The position numbers and the translations under genes were made by a program. From an uncultured archaeon (GTDB taxonomy: Archaea > Asgardarchaeota > Thorarchaeia > Thorarchaeales > Thorarchaeaceae), in assembly GCA_964610875.1 (NCBI GenBank), contig CAZSWP010000023.1, positions 1 to 60,948 on the forward strand: a stretch of DNA of 60,948 bases. Reading direction: 5' to 3'. Below, in pieces: positions 1 through 9,299 of this stretch (within the stretch, counting starts at the first letter, position 1; every line of letters begins with the position of its first letter). The notes beneath the pieces are model-generated. The model ran no database searches. It was not told the DNA's origin and worked only from the letters and a program-made list of their open reading frames with translations.

Positions 1-94
1 TTCCTACAGTTAGAATTACCGCGTATGAGAATAGCCAGTAGAGAACTACCCATGACCAGCTTTTGATGTCCTGAATGTAACTCATTATTCTCAT
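1..94 (-). CDS. 5' end of a membrane protein running off the window
   Basis: The minus strand reads MRIMSYIQDIKSWSWVVLYWLFSYAVILTVG and is open to the window edge; hydrophobic; divergent from the next gene. Confidence 0.45.
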   Translation of the reverse strand, partial: MRIMSYIQDIKSWSWVVLYWLFSYAVILTVG

Positions 95-212
95 TTCTGA
101 TATTCATTGAAGTTCATTGATTACCTATTTGGTGTGGCAAACAGGGAAGTCCATAATGCCACTTGCATACAGTTATCAAGGAGAATTTCATCAGCAAGTG
201 GAGGAAACTATT

Positions 213-1226
213 GTGAAGAGTGACAAGGTGTACGATGCAATAATCATAGGTGGAGGTCCTGCAGGTTCAGCAGCAGCTATTCATCTATCCTATCAACATA
301 GGTCAGTTCTCGTACTTGATCGTGGTACAAGTCCTATGCATTATCATACAAATACAATCAAGAACTTTCCACATGGTCCAGGATATACAGAAGGACGTAC
401 TCTAATCAGACAATTACAGGCTCAAGCAATTCTTGAAGGCGCAACATACAAAGAGGCAGATGCTGTAGAAATCACAGGAAAGTATCCAGAGTTCGTCGTT
501 CGTACAGAACCCAGCTATCGAACAAAAGACAAATCCGAGTACAGAGGAAAGTTACTACTTTTCGCGACAGGAACCGCTCGTAAGCACCCCAAAGTTGATG
601 GCATGTGGAGGAAGTGGCTGCCAGTAGCTAACGTTGGCAATGGTGCTTTCTATTGTCCCGACTGTGAAGCACCACTATGTAAAAACAAGAGTGTTCTTGT
701 AGTAAATACTGGCACCATAGGGAGTACACTCCATGTAGCGAATGCAGTCAGTCGTTTTACAAAGAATGTAAAAATCCTGATGACAGAAGATGCCTATATT
801 CCATATGAAGAACAAGACACAAGGAAACTGGATACTTCGCCTTTTGAGTGGATGCATGGAAAGATAAAGAGCATCGATTATCTGCTACCAGGCACAGTAC
901 AATCAGTTACTCTTGAAGATGAGACAAAGATAAAAGCCAATGTATTCTTTGTTGCATTTGTTGCAACTGCAAGATCGGAACTCGCTCAATCAATAGGTGT
1001 TAAGGTTGACAAACGAGGAAACATCATCACAGACCATCGGGGTAAAACCAACATAGAAGGAGTGTGGGCAGCAGGTGATTGCAGACCAATCACACAACAG
1101 GTAGCAATGGCCACTGGGACAGGAAATTATGCTGCAATTATGATGAACCAATTCTTAGGCAATGAATATGAGAAGGAAGAATTATTCGATCACCCGGATG
1201 TTCGTGGTGTCACTCATATGCAGTAA
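213..1226 (+). CDS. Thioredoxin reductase-like FAD-dependent pyridine nucleotide-disulfide oxidoreductase
   Basis: GGGPAG FAD motif, ATG motif, CPDC redox pair and GVWAAGD motif. Likely start is GTG at 213 after GGAGG (ORF track begins at 117). Confidence 0.9.
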   Translation: MKSDKVYDAIIIGGGPAGSAAAIHLSYQHRSVLVLDRGTSPMHYHTNTIKNFPHGPGYTEGRTLIRQLQAQAILEGATYKEADAVEITGKYPEFVVRTEPSYRTKDKSEYRGKLLLFATGTARKHPKVDGMWRKWLPVANVGNGAFYCPDCEAPLCKNKSVLVVNTGTIGSTLHVANAVSRFTKNVKILMTEDAYIPYEEQDTRKLDTSPFEWMHGKIKSIDYLLPGTVQSVTLEDETKIKANVFFVAFVATARSELAQSIGVKVDKRGNIITDHRGKTNIEGVWAAGDCRPITQQVAMATGTGNYAAIMMNQFLGNEYEKEELFDHPDVRGVTHMQ

Positions 1227-1319
1227 TTCAGAAATCATTCATAAAAGAATGGTCTATGAAAGCAACCTTTATTAGCATAATTTACTATCGTTAACCAGCA
1301 TTCGTACGGAGCGAATAAA

Positions 1320-1820
1320 ATGTCTGCAGTAAAAATCGCTAAACAAGATACAAAATTAGTGGAATTACTTAGAAAGCAAATCGAGGTTGAAAGCAGAACT
1401 CTAAATATGCTATTGGAGGCTGAAGAATCAGTTTCTGAAACAGCTGTAAAACTCGCTTTTATGGAGCTTCGCTTAGACTCCTGGAAACACAAGAAATTCC
1501 TCGAAGGAATGATTGAGATGTTAGAACAGACTCCTTGTGATAATTGGAGTTCCAAAGTACAGAGATACATTGATCGTGTAAAGCTTGAGCGTACTCTTCA
1601 GAAACTTATGGATGAAGAAAAAGAGATGCTTAACCTAGCTAAACAGGCTTTGAAAGAAGTGAAGGATCCCATGGGAATATTCTTGCTCAAACATCTACGA
1701 GATGATGAGATGGAACATTTTAAGAATCTTAAAGAACTCGTTAAAGTAATCAAAACCGCACCTCTTCAGCCTGTAAAAGGACAAAAGGGAACAGATATTG
1801 TTTGTGAAACAGAAGATTAA
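1320..1820 (+). CDS. Ferritin-like/rubrerythrin-like four-helix protein
   Basis: Two halves with E...DSWKH and E...DEMEH di-iron-type ligand patterns. Confidence 0.7.
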   Translation: MSAVKIAKQDTKLVELLRKQIEVESRTLNMLLEAEESVSETAVKLAFMELRLDSWKHKKFLEGMIEMLEQTPCDNWSSKVQRYIDRVKLERTLQKLMDEEKEMLNLAKQALKEVKDPMGIFLLKHLRDDEMEHFKNLKELVKVIKTAPLQPVKGQKGTDIVCETED

Positions 1821-1878
1821 GAAAGGTGATTTTCATTTCGTGATGTAGGAGGTAATCACAATACCAACACTTGACGAC

Positions 1879-2340
1879 GTGACAGATGACTGTTTGACAT
1901 GTACAGAATATATAGAACAAATGTCCCCTATGTACAAAGAACGATGGAAGGGGACAAAGAAATTCTACAATCTAAAGAAAGAGATTGTAGAAGCACTAAC
2001 TGAATACAAGAACGATTACTCATTCGTTGTAGTCTTTGCTGATTGGTGTGGAGATGCTAGACGTGCAGTCCCAGTACTATCAAAACTTGAGAAAGAGCTT
2101 GATATTAAAATACGAGCACTTGGAGGTATGACCAAACCCCCAGCCGGATCTAAGAAACATTGGGCAGTCCCACCAAGCCCGGCAGAAGTAGATACCTTCG
2201 AGATAACAAGCAGTCCTACTATTTTGATCTTTGATTCCGAAGGGCATGAAATAGGCAGAATCAAGACTAAACCAAAAATGACACCAACTATTGAAGAGGA
2301 GCTTTTGAGAATGATTCACGACCACATAACAGAGAACTAA
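1879..2340 (+). CDS. Thioredoxin family protein (monothiol WCGD)
   Basis: FADWCGD motif, cis-Pro region SSPTILIFD, GHEIGRI. Confidence 0.85.
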   Translation: MTDDCLTCTEYIEQMSPMYKERWKGTKKFYNLKKEIVEALTEYKNDYSFVVVFADWCGDARRAVPVLSKLEKELDIKIRALGGMTKPPAGSKKHWAVPPSPAEVDTFEITSSPTILIFDSEGHEIGRIKTKPKMTPTIEEELLRMIHDHITEN

Positions 2341-2346
2341 GCTCTG

Positions 2347-3252
2347 TTATATAGGCCACTTTGGTTTTATTGATGCATAAAATACTCCCTTTCCAACCTT
2401 TGCTATTGCAATAGGCATATGCTGTGTATCGTAGTCAAAACCAAAATCACCTTCCGGGGTTGCCATTATTAAACCAGCTTCTCCAGAAGTCTTTTGACGC
2501 AATTCTTGCACAGCTCTATTACAAGCACTCCGTGCGTCAAGTCCATGTTCTATATGGAGTACAGCTATTCGAGCCATAACTATCCTAAGAATCTGCTCAC
2601 CTTTACCTGTGCAAGCAGCTGCTGCTTTCTCATTTGCATAAGCTCCAGCACCAATAATAGGAGAGTCACCAACTCGACCTGGAAGTTTACCTGGCCATCC
2701 ACTTGTTGAGTTACCGACAGCAATGCGGCCCATTTCATCGACAGCTATTGCACCAACTGTATCACTTGGTTCAGCGATTGGAGGCAAGTTTGTACAGGTA
2801 GTAGATCTTTCTTTTCTATAACCTTCTTTTACCATCTGCTCATAGAGACGATTTGCTCCTGTTCCAACAACTTGGTATACCGAAGTCCTTTCAAGAACAT
2901 AGCGAGCTAGTGATATTGGATGAACCAGATTTCTCGCACTCATGACTGCACCACTCTCAAGTCGGTTCCCATCCATAATAATTGCATCAACCTCAATCTC
3001 TCCATCAAGATTCTTACACGCACCCTTTCCTGCGGTGAAGAGTTCGGTCTCTTCCATTATCCATATTGCTGCCTCTACCGCATCCAATGCAGAACCCCCA
3101 TTTTCGAGTACATGTAGTGCATGGGATGCGGATTGTTGGACTGTTGATATGATCTCAGAGTGGTATCTTTCTGTAAATGTCGTTGCTCCGCCATGTACAA
3201 TTACAAATGGTTCTGTCACTAACCTACCTCTTGGATGCATAGCGTTAGCCAA
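2347..3252 (-). CDS. Isoaspartyl peptidase/L-asparaginase (Ntn hydrolase)
   Basis: IVHGGA, ALDAVEAA, D|TVGA autocleavage site, GRVGDSP, CTGKGE. Real start probably GTG at 3219. Confidence 0.92.
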   Translation of the reverse strand: MANAMHPRGRLVTEPFVIVHGGATTFTERYHSEIISTVQQSASHALHVLENGGSALDAVEAAIWIMEETELFTAGKGACKNLDGEIEVDAIIMDGNRLESGAVMSARNLVHPISLARYVLERTSVYQVVGTGANRLYEQMVKEGYRKERSTTCTNLPPIAEPSDTVGAIAVDEMGRIAVGNSTSGWPGKLPGRVGDSPIIGAGAYANEKAAAACTGKGEQILRIVMARIAVLHIEHGLDARSACNRAVQELRQKTSGEAGLIMATPEGDFGFDYDTQHMPIAIAKVGKGVFYASIKPKWPI

Positions 3253-3347
3253 AAGAAAAAACTATCGAGTATCTTTACCAGCTCCATCCCATTAATGGTT
3301 AATAGTAACATAAATCCTCTTGAGTAATACATGGATGGACTGTAGAA

Positions 3348-5615
3348 ATGCCTTGTGATGAGAAGAATAAAAGACTACTAAATTCACTCTTTGTAGGATA
3401 TTCTCTATCAGTTCTACTTTTTATTCCAAATCTAATATCAGATAATGCAATAAATGAAGTGGCGTATCAGGCAGTCTTGGGGATATTCTCTCTTATTGCT
3501 ACAGCTTGGATGTATATTCTAATTCAAAGGAAACCAACAAGAACGAACATTATACTGATCACAGCACTCTTCATAAAGTCATTCATACATCTTGGTTCTT
3601 CTATTAATCTGCTATTCAGTTTGAGTGTGTCTGAAATTGAACTGATTGTTCGACGAGTCGTTAATGCGACTGACATGATGGTGTTTAGTTTACTCATACT
3701 CCTTGGGCTTCTTCTGAAAAATCCAGAAAATATGACAAAGACACCACGACGAATTCTCTCGTGGATAATCATCCTTCTTACTTCTTTAAGTTGGGGAACA
3801 TTTCAACATTATCTCATTAGAATTTCTACAATAGAAATGCTACAATCAATTGGGACAACACTGTCATTATGTTCAATATTCACATTTACTCTAATAATTC
3901 TTCAAATCACTCGGAATACTGAGTTTCATAAGAACTTTGACCGTCAAGTGATATTGAGCGCGATGATTCTTCTTCTTTCGTCAAGTGTAATGCTTCTGAT
4001 AAGTTTTCTTTCTTACGAGAGAATTTGGTCTTTAGCGATGAATCTAGAAGTATTTGCACTTCTTGGTGTCAGTATTTCTGTGGCTGGGAAACGTGATTCA
4101 AATTATCAACTTGATAAAAAACAAGCTTTTCTAATGCCGGTTATCACTAGTGCTCCAGCACTCATAGCATTTACGACAGCACTTACAGTAGAATTCTTGA
4201 CCCCAAACCTACAGGTCGTCGATCTAGGTGCGTATCTCATTTCTCATATCTGCGCGGCATCACTATCTGCAACAATAGCAGTGATGTTATTCCTATATAC
4301 AAAAACGAAACCATCATGGAATCTTTATCCATTACTGATTCTATATGCGATATGGATGATGGTTGAGATTCAGCTTATCCTTTTCTGGAGAGGACCAACG
4401 TCCATTGTTCTAGGAGAATCAATGGTCCCATATGCAGTAGGAAGCATTGCAGCACTGATTTGCCTCTACAATTCAATTAGATACACCTACAAGCAACCTG
4501 AAAGCATCTATTCAAATCCCAAACGCAGAATTCTCAGTTCCATTATACTATTTACCTCAGCGATGTGGTCCGCAGAAATTCTAACAAGTTTCTTGGATGC
4601 AAATATTATAGGTTTTGATCATCAACTAATAGCTCGCTCTATTCTGATTTCTGTCAATTTAATTGCTATGTTTGGTTTTGTATTAATCACATTTTTAACA
4701 GTAAGAAAGACCAACTCATTTCTAACCATCGAATCATTTTCGTCTACATTTCTTAGTTTATGGATTATCCCGAATCTATTGAAAGGTATCTACAGAGATT
4801 GGTATGTTGGCTGGTGGATTGCTGAGATTATCCTCCTTGTAGGATTGATAATCGGACCTGCCATCCTTGCCAAACTCTATCTCGACTCAATGGTGAGGTC
4901 AGCAGAATCTAAAGAGAAAGCTACTCTCTATTCGGATATTTTGATTCATGACATAACAAATATGCATCAAGCAATTCTTGTTGCATTATCAATAATAGAG
5001 CATGAGGAGTTACCTCATGATACAAAACGCAATGCCCTAAATGATGCGATCTCTAGTTTAAGTCGAGCTGACCAGCTGATTAGTAACGTCAGAAAACTTG
5101 TCATGGCAGATGAAAAAATCCAACAGGAATTTAAACCAGTATCTGTTAATGAATCAATCAGAGCAGCAATTGAGCAAGCATGCGTTCTATATCCAGACGA
5201 ACAGATTGGAATAGATGTGTTAGAAGATAAAACAGAATACTTCATTTCAGCAAATGGATTGTTGGTTGATTTATTTTCCAATTTGATAAGGAATGCAATA
5301 AACTACTCAACTAGTGATACCAGAATCGAGTTTTATGTAAATAGAGTGATCCTTTCAAGTTCATCATGGATTCAAATTCGCATAGAGGACTATGGAAAGG
5401 GTATTCCTCCTGAGATAAAGGCAAATCTATTTACAAGATTCATGAGAACAGCTGAAGGAACAGGTCTAGGTTTAGCTTTGGTTGCAGCAATAACAAAAAT
5501 GTACAATGGCACTGTTGAGGTCAATAACCGTATTGAAGGAGATTATTCAAAGGGAACAGTTTTTGTCTTAACGTTTCCAGAGTATACCTTTCCACTTGAT
5601 GATTACATTACATAA
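3348..5615 (+). CDS. Polytopic membrane sensor histidine kinase
   Basis: About 14 hydrophobic segments followed by H-box HDITN, N-box NLIRNAINYS, DYGKGI and GTGLGL. Confidence 0.9.
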   Translation: MPCDEKNKRLLNSLFVGYSLSVLLFIPNLISDNAINEVAYQAVLGIFSLIATAWMYILIQRKPTRTNIILITALFIKSFIHLGSSINLLFSLSVSEIELIVRRVVNATDMMVFSLLILLGLLLKNPENMTKTPRRILSWIIILLTSLSWGTFQHYLIRISTIEMLQSIGTTLSLCSIFTFTLIILQITRNTEFHKNFDRQVILSAMILLLSSSVMLLISFLSYERIWSLAMNLEVFALLGVSISVAGKRDSNYQLDKKQAFLMPVITSAPALIAFTTALTVEFLTPNLQVVDLGAYLISHICAASLSATIAVMLFLYTKTKPSWNLYPLLILYAIWMMVEIQLILFWRGPTSIVLGESMVPYAVGSIAALICLYNSIRYTYKQPESIYSNPKRRILSSIILFTSAMWSAEILTSFLDANIIGFDHQLIARSILISVNLIAMFGFVLITFLTVRKTNSFLTIESFSSTFLSLWIIPNLLKGIYRDWYVGWWIAEIILLVGLIIGPAILAKLYLDSMVRSAESKEKATLYSDILIHDITNMHQAILVALSIIEHEELPHDTKRNALNDAISSLSRADQLISNVRKLVMADEKIQQEFKPVSVNESIRAAIEQACVLYPDEQIGIDVLEDKTEYFISANGLLVDLFSNLIRNAINYSTSDTRIEFYVNRVILSSSSWIQIRIEDYGKGIPPEIKANLFTRFMRTAEGTGLGLALVAAITKMYNGTVEVNNRIEGDYSKGTVFVLTFPEYTFPLDDYIT

Positions 5616-5654
5616 TAAGGAAATCCGTATTATTCCCACCCAATTGTTAGGTTT

Positions 5655-6905
5655 TCATGGATGGTCCATTTTCACAAGTTCATTGTGTATTAGGTTAGAG
5701 AAGACCTCTTCAAGTTTAATATCTGTACTTGGTAGTCTGTACAGCGTTATGAAATGTCCTCTCAACATATCGAAGGGACCTTGTCCGATTTCTCCAACCA
5801 CGACCGCATCCACATTTTCATTGACAAGTGCATCAATCGCAAGCACTCCTCTCTTCTTGTCTGCATCATGACCAGGGTTTTCAATAAAATGCAGTTTTGA
5901 TACATCACGATTCTCTAAATCAGCGATAGCAAAGAAGGGTACACTGCCAAAGTGACCTACTACTTTGGATGACATACCTTCTTCAGAATCTACTGGGATA
6001 GCCACTCGTATTTTTTCCAGTTTCTCAGGCTCAACATGTATTGTGGCGCTCTCAAGATTAGGGATTGCTTCTTTCATTTTTTCTTCAATGATACTTGAAA
6101 GACCATGAGCTTCTTCTATCGAAGTATCTCTGATGACAGTAATGTGAGCATCCGCAAAATAGACCGGACCTGCTCTTCTAAGACGTATTGCATGAATATC
6201 TAGAACGCCAGGAACTTCTTGTGCGAGTTCTTTTATTTTATCTATCTTTTCTTGATCTGGAGAAGCATCCATCAAAGAGAGTACAGAGTCCCTCCCAATC
6301 TCAAACCCTTCTTTGATAATATAGAGTGCCACTAATACAGCAGCTATCACTTCAGCTTCAGCTAATCCAAAAACGGATAATGCTATCCCAATGAACACAA
6401 GAACGCCAGCATAAACATCAACTCTGGAATGACCGGCATCAGCAATCAAGCTTTTACTTCCTATTTGGGTTCCGATTTTATACTTGTACTTTGCAAGTAT
6501 GAAATATGTTACAGCAGATATCCCTGCGGCAAGAAGAGGTATTGTACCATCAACCAGCGAAACTGGAGAGAAGAATCTATTCACAGACTCGTATATTATC
6601 TCAATGCCTGAAAAGATAATCATTGCAGAGACAACGAGTGAAGCAAGCGATTCTCCCCTGTAATATCCATAAGGAAATCTCTCAGTAGGTTCTTTTCCAG
6701 CCAACCTGAGTCCTGACCAAACCAGAGCAGAAGCAAAAATATCCGATAATGAGTTTACTGCATCAGCCAATAGAGCAACACTAGCATAAACAAGTCCTGT
6801 GTAACCCTTGATAATAGTAAGGAATACCATTGAAACAAGAGAGATTTGGGCTACCTTCTCACCTTCTCGAAAATCATGAGTTCTCTCTTCTTCTTCTTGA
6901 CTCAC
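5655..6905 (-). CDS. Cation diffusion facilitator (FieF-like) fused to a NifB/NifX-like domain
   Basis: SVALLADA, FPYGYYR, DAGHSRVD and a dimerisation domain, then RVAIP...VGHFGSVPFF...VVVGEIGQG. Confidence 0.9.
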   Translation of the reverse strand: MSQEEEERTHDFREGEKVAQISLVSMVFLTIIKGYTGLVYASVALLADAVNSLSDIFASALVWSGLRLAGKEPTERFPYGYYRGESLASLVVSAMIIFSGIEIIYESVNRFFSPVSLVDGTIPLLAAGISAVTYFILAKYKYKIGTQIGSKSLIADAGHSRVDVYAGVLVFIGIALSVFGLAEAEVIAAVLVALYIIKEGFEIGRDSVLSLMDASPDQEKIDKIKELAQEVPGVLDIHAIRLRRAGPVYFADAHITVIRDTSIEEAHGLSSIIEEKMKEAIPNLESATIHVEPEKLEKIRVAIPVDSEEGMSSKVVGHFGSVPFFAIADLENRDVSKLHFIENPGHDADKKRGVLAIDALVNENVDAVVVGEIGQGPFDMLRGHFITLYRLPSTDIKLEEVFSNLIHNELVKMDHP

Positions 6906-7125
6906 TGCTTTTTTTCTCCAGACTTTTTTGGCTTTAGATTTCCTTGATTCTTTTCAAGAGTTCGTAGTATTCGAAACTCATGAAAAAAACAAGTCTTGGT
7001 CCATATGGGACGTACTATCAAAGTTTTGGTAAGAGTGCATCATATCATACTTTTAGAATACAACAAATAAATACCACACATCCCAAGTCCTCAAATTTCA
7101 AATTAGTATCGTTTCCAAGGGAAAC

Positions 7126-8274
7126 ATGTGGTCTTCTTATAGAAATGGAGAGTACTATCTACAGGTAGGAGGTATGATTCCAAGAATTGAGATATCATTC
7201 ATGACAGTTAACGGAGAGAAAAAACTAGAATTTTCTAAAACTGAAGAAAACATCGATCTCTCAGGTATGAAGATTCAAGAAATCTCTCTTCCACAATTCA
7301 ATGATTTCACTCATCTTTCTGAATTAAATTTAGAGCATAATTCCATTAAGTCCTGTGATTTAGGTGCATTGCTTAATGTGAAACCGAAACGAATATTCAA
7401 TATTGCAGACAACCCGATAAAAAAACTCAATATAACACAACTGCTTTTCCTAAGAAACACTCGGCAAATCATACTGCCATCTTGCCGATTCTTAATGGAC
7501 CCTCTTTGTAAATATATTGAACCAAAGCAAATGATGGCAGATTATATCGAATCAGCTCATCTTTTTGAGAATTATGCTGAAATGTCGAAATTTGAAGTCT
7601 GGAAATCCATTGTATACAGAACGAAAAGGTTGAACAAACATATCAGGAAACAGGATAGATTTAGAGTACAGAAGGGTTTCCTAAAGGGATTTGACCTTTC
7701 AGAATTTTCGGGCTATGATGGTAATCTCTATCATCTCTTTAGATTGCTTTCGCAGGAAGATGAATATCAGACTGCCAGAGAGAAACTTCTGAATAAGTTG
7801 AAGACACTCTTAGCTAGATAAATCAAAAAGAATGGTCCAACATTCTTCCTAGATATAGATAGGATATCTCATACTTCGGCATGGACATTAATAAAGCCGA
7901 TAATTGAGAGGAGAAAGAAAGAGATTGAAGAATTGAGACTTCCTACAAAGAATGATCAAGTAAACATCAAGGGACTTTGGTTAACATACTATGGACAAGA
8001 TTTTCTTCGCAAACTCGAATATGTTCCGGATGGGAAAAGCCAGTTGAAGTTCTCATCAATTCAAAAGGCAATGTGTAAGCTAGGTCTCAAATTACAGACA
8101 GATGAATATGGAAAGGGATATAGCCCAAGCACAAAATATTCGGAAGGACTTTTGGATTTTCTATTATTGATGACAGAATCTATTTTTAACATGAATGATT
8201 CTGGAGTGGAATTACGACCACTAACTGTATATGAATTGCAGAAAGGCATCAATCCATTAATCATGTCATTTTAG
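7126..8274 (+). pseudogene. Leucine-rich-repeat protein interrupted by one in-frame TAA (7819-7821)
   Basis: LRR motifs (IDLSGMKI, LSELNLEHNSI, NIADNPI). ORFs 7126-7821 and 7933-8274 are in the same frame, and the codons between them (IKKNGPTFFLDID...) are open. Confidence 0.75.
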
Positions 8275-8370
8275 AGAAGCACTTGCCTTAGATTGCATCT
8301 TGGTAATTTGGATAAATAAAGAAGTCGAGCTATTTCTAGTGTCTAATAATCAATTCAACATAGTGATAGT

Positions 8371-8396
8371 ACTCCTAAGCTATAAGACTTAGGAGT
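8371..8396. terminator. Hairpin between convergent genes
   Basis: ACTCCTAAG-N8-CTTAGGAGT perfect 9-bp stem. Confidence 0.6.
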
Positions 8397-8405
8397 CACA
8401 CAAAT

Positions 8406-9299
8406 TCACATTCCCAACCTATGAAGTTCCTCTTCAAATATTTTCAATCTGTCTGTTAGTTCCGTCCTCTTTCCAGCAAAGACTCCAAGATCTATTTGAC
8501 CAGCTTTGACTCGTTCATCTAATCTAGCAATCTCTGTTTTTATTTCGACAATCCGTTCTCTGACAATATCAACACGACTAACTGCGCTAGTTTCATCATC
8601 AGCTGTTGGAGATTGTACTGACCTAATCTTGCCATCCTGAATTCTGTAGATTCTATCACATTGTCTTGCTATTGATGGATCATGAGTGACCATTAGGATT
8701 GTTTTTCCATATTCTTTGTTAACAACATGAAGATACTCTACAATAGTGGCACCGGTTTCAGTATCTAAATCACCAGTGGGTTCATCACAGAGAAGAACCT
8801 CAGGATTGTTCGCCAGAGCTGCAGCAATAGCAACACGTTGTCTCTGTCCACCGCTTAGTTCATCGGGTTTGTGTTTCATCCGATCTCCCAGACCAACTGT
8901 GGTTAGGAGCTCCTCAACTCGTGCTTTTCGTTTGCTACCAGGGACCTTAGCTGCAAGCATAGGTAATTCAACATTCTCCCATGCTGTCAGTGTTGGGATA
9001 AGGTTGAGTTCTTGGAAGATATGACCAACCACATCCCTTCGTATTAGACCCAACTCTCCAGGAGAAGCGTTTGTAATATCACGTCCTGCTACAATTGAGA
9101 GACCTGCTGTAGCACGAGTTATTCCGCCGAGTATGTTTAGCAGTGTAGTCTTACCACTCCCTGAAGGTCCAACAATTGCGACCATCTCGCCTTTATCAAC
9201 ATACATGGAAAGGCCTCTGAGAGCCTGTACTTCCACATTTCCAAGTCTGAAGACCTTAACGAGGTCCGTTGTTTCAATATATGAATTCATCATTATCAC
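8406..9299 (-). CDS. ABC transporter ATP-binding protein (LolD/MacB type) with C-terminal coiled extension
   Basis: GPSGSGKT, LSGGQRQR, LLCDEPTG, VTHD. Confidence 0.95.
   Translation of the reverse strand: MIMMNSYIETTDLVKVFRLGNVEVQALRGLSMYVDKGEMVAIVGPSGSGKTTLLNILGGITRATAGLSIVAGRDITNASPGELGLIRRDVVGHIFQELNLIPTLTAWENVELPMLAAKVPGSKRKARVEELLTTVGLGDRMKHKPDELSGGQRQRVAIAAALANNPEVLLCDEPTGDLDTETGATIVEYLHVVNKEYGKTILMVTHDPSIARQCDRIYRIQDGKIRSVQSPTADDETSAVSRVDIVRERIVEIKTEIARLDERVKAGQIDLGVFAGKRTELTDRLKIFEEELHRLGM

Noticed and set aside
7816-7824. Pyrrolysine or selenocysteine read-through in the LRR gene
   Set aside because: The in-frame stop is TAA (GCT AGA TAA ATC), not TAG or TGA.
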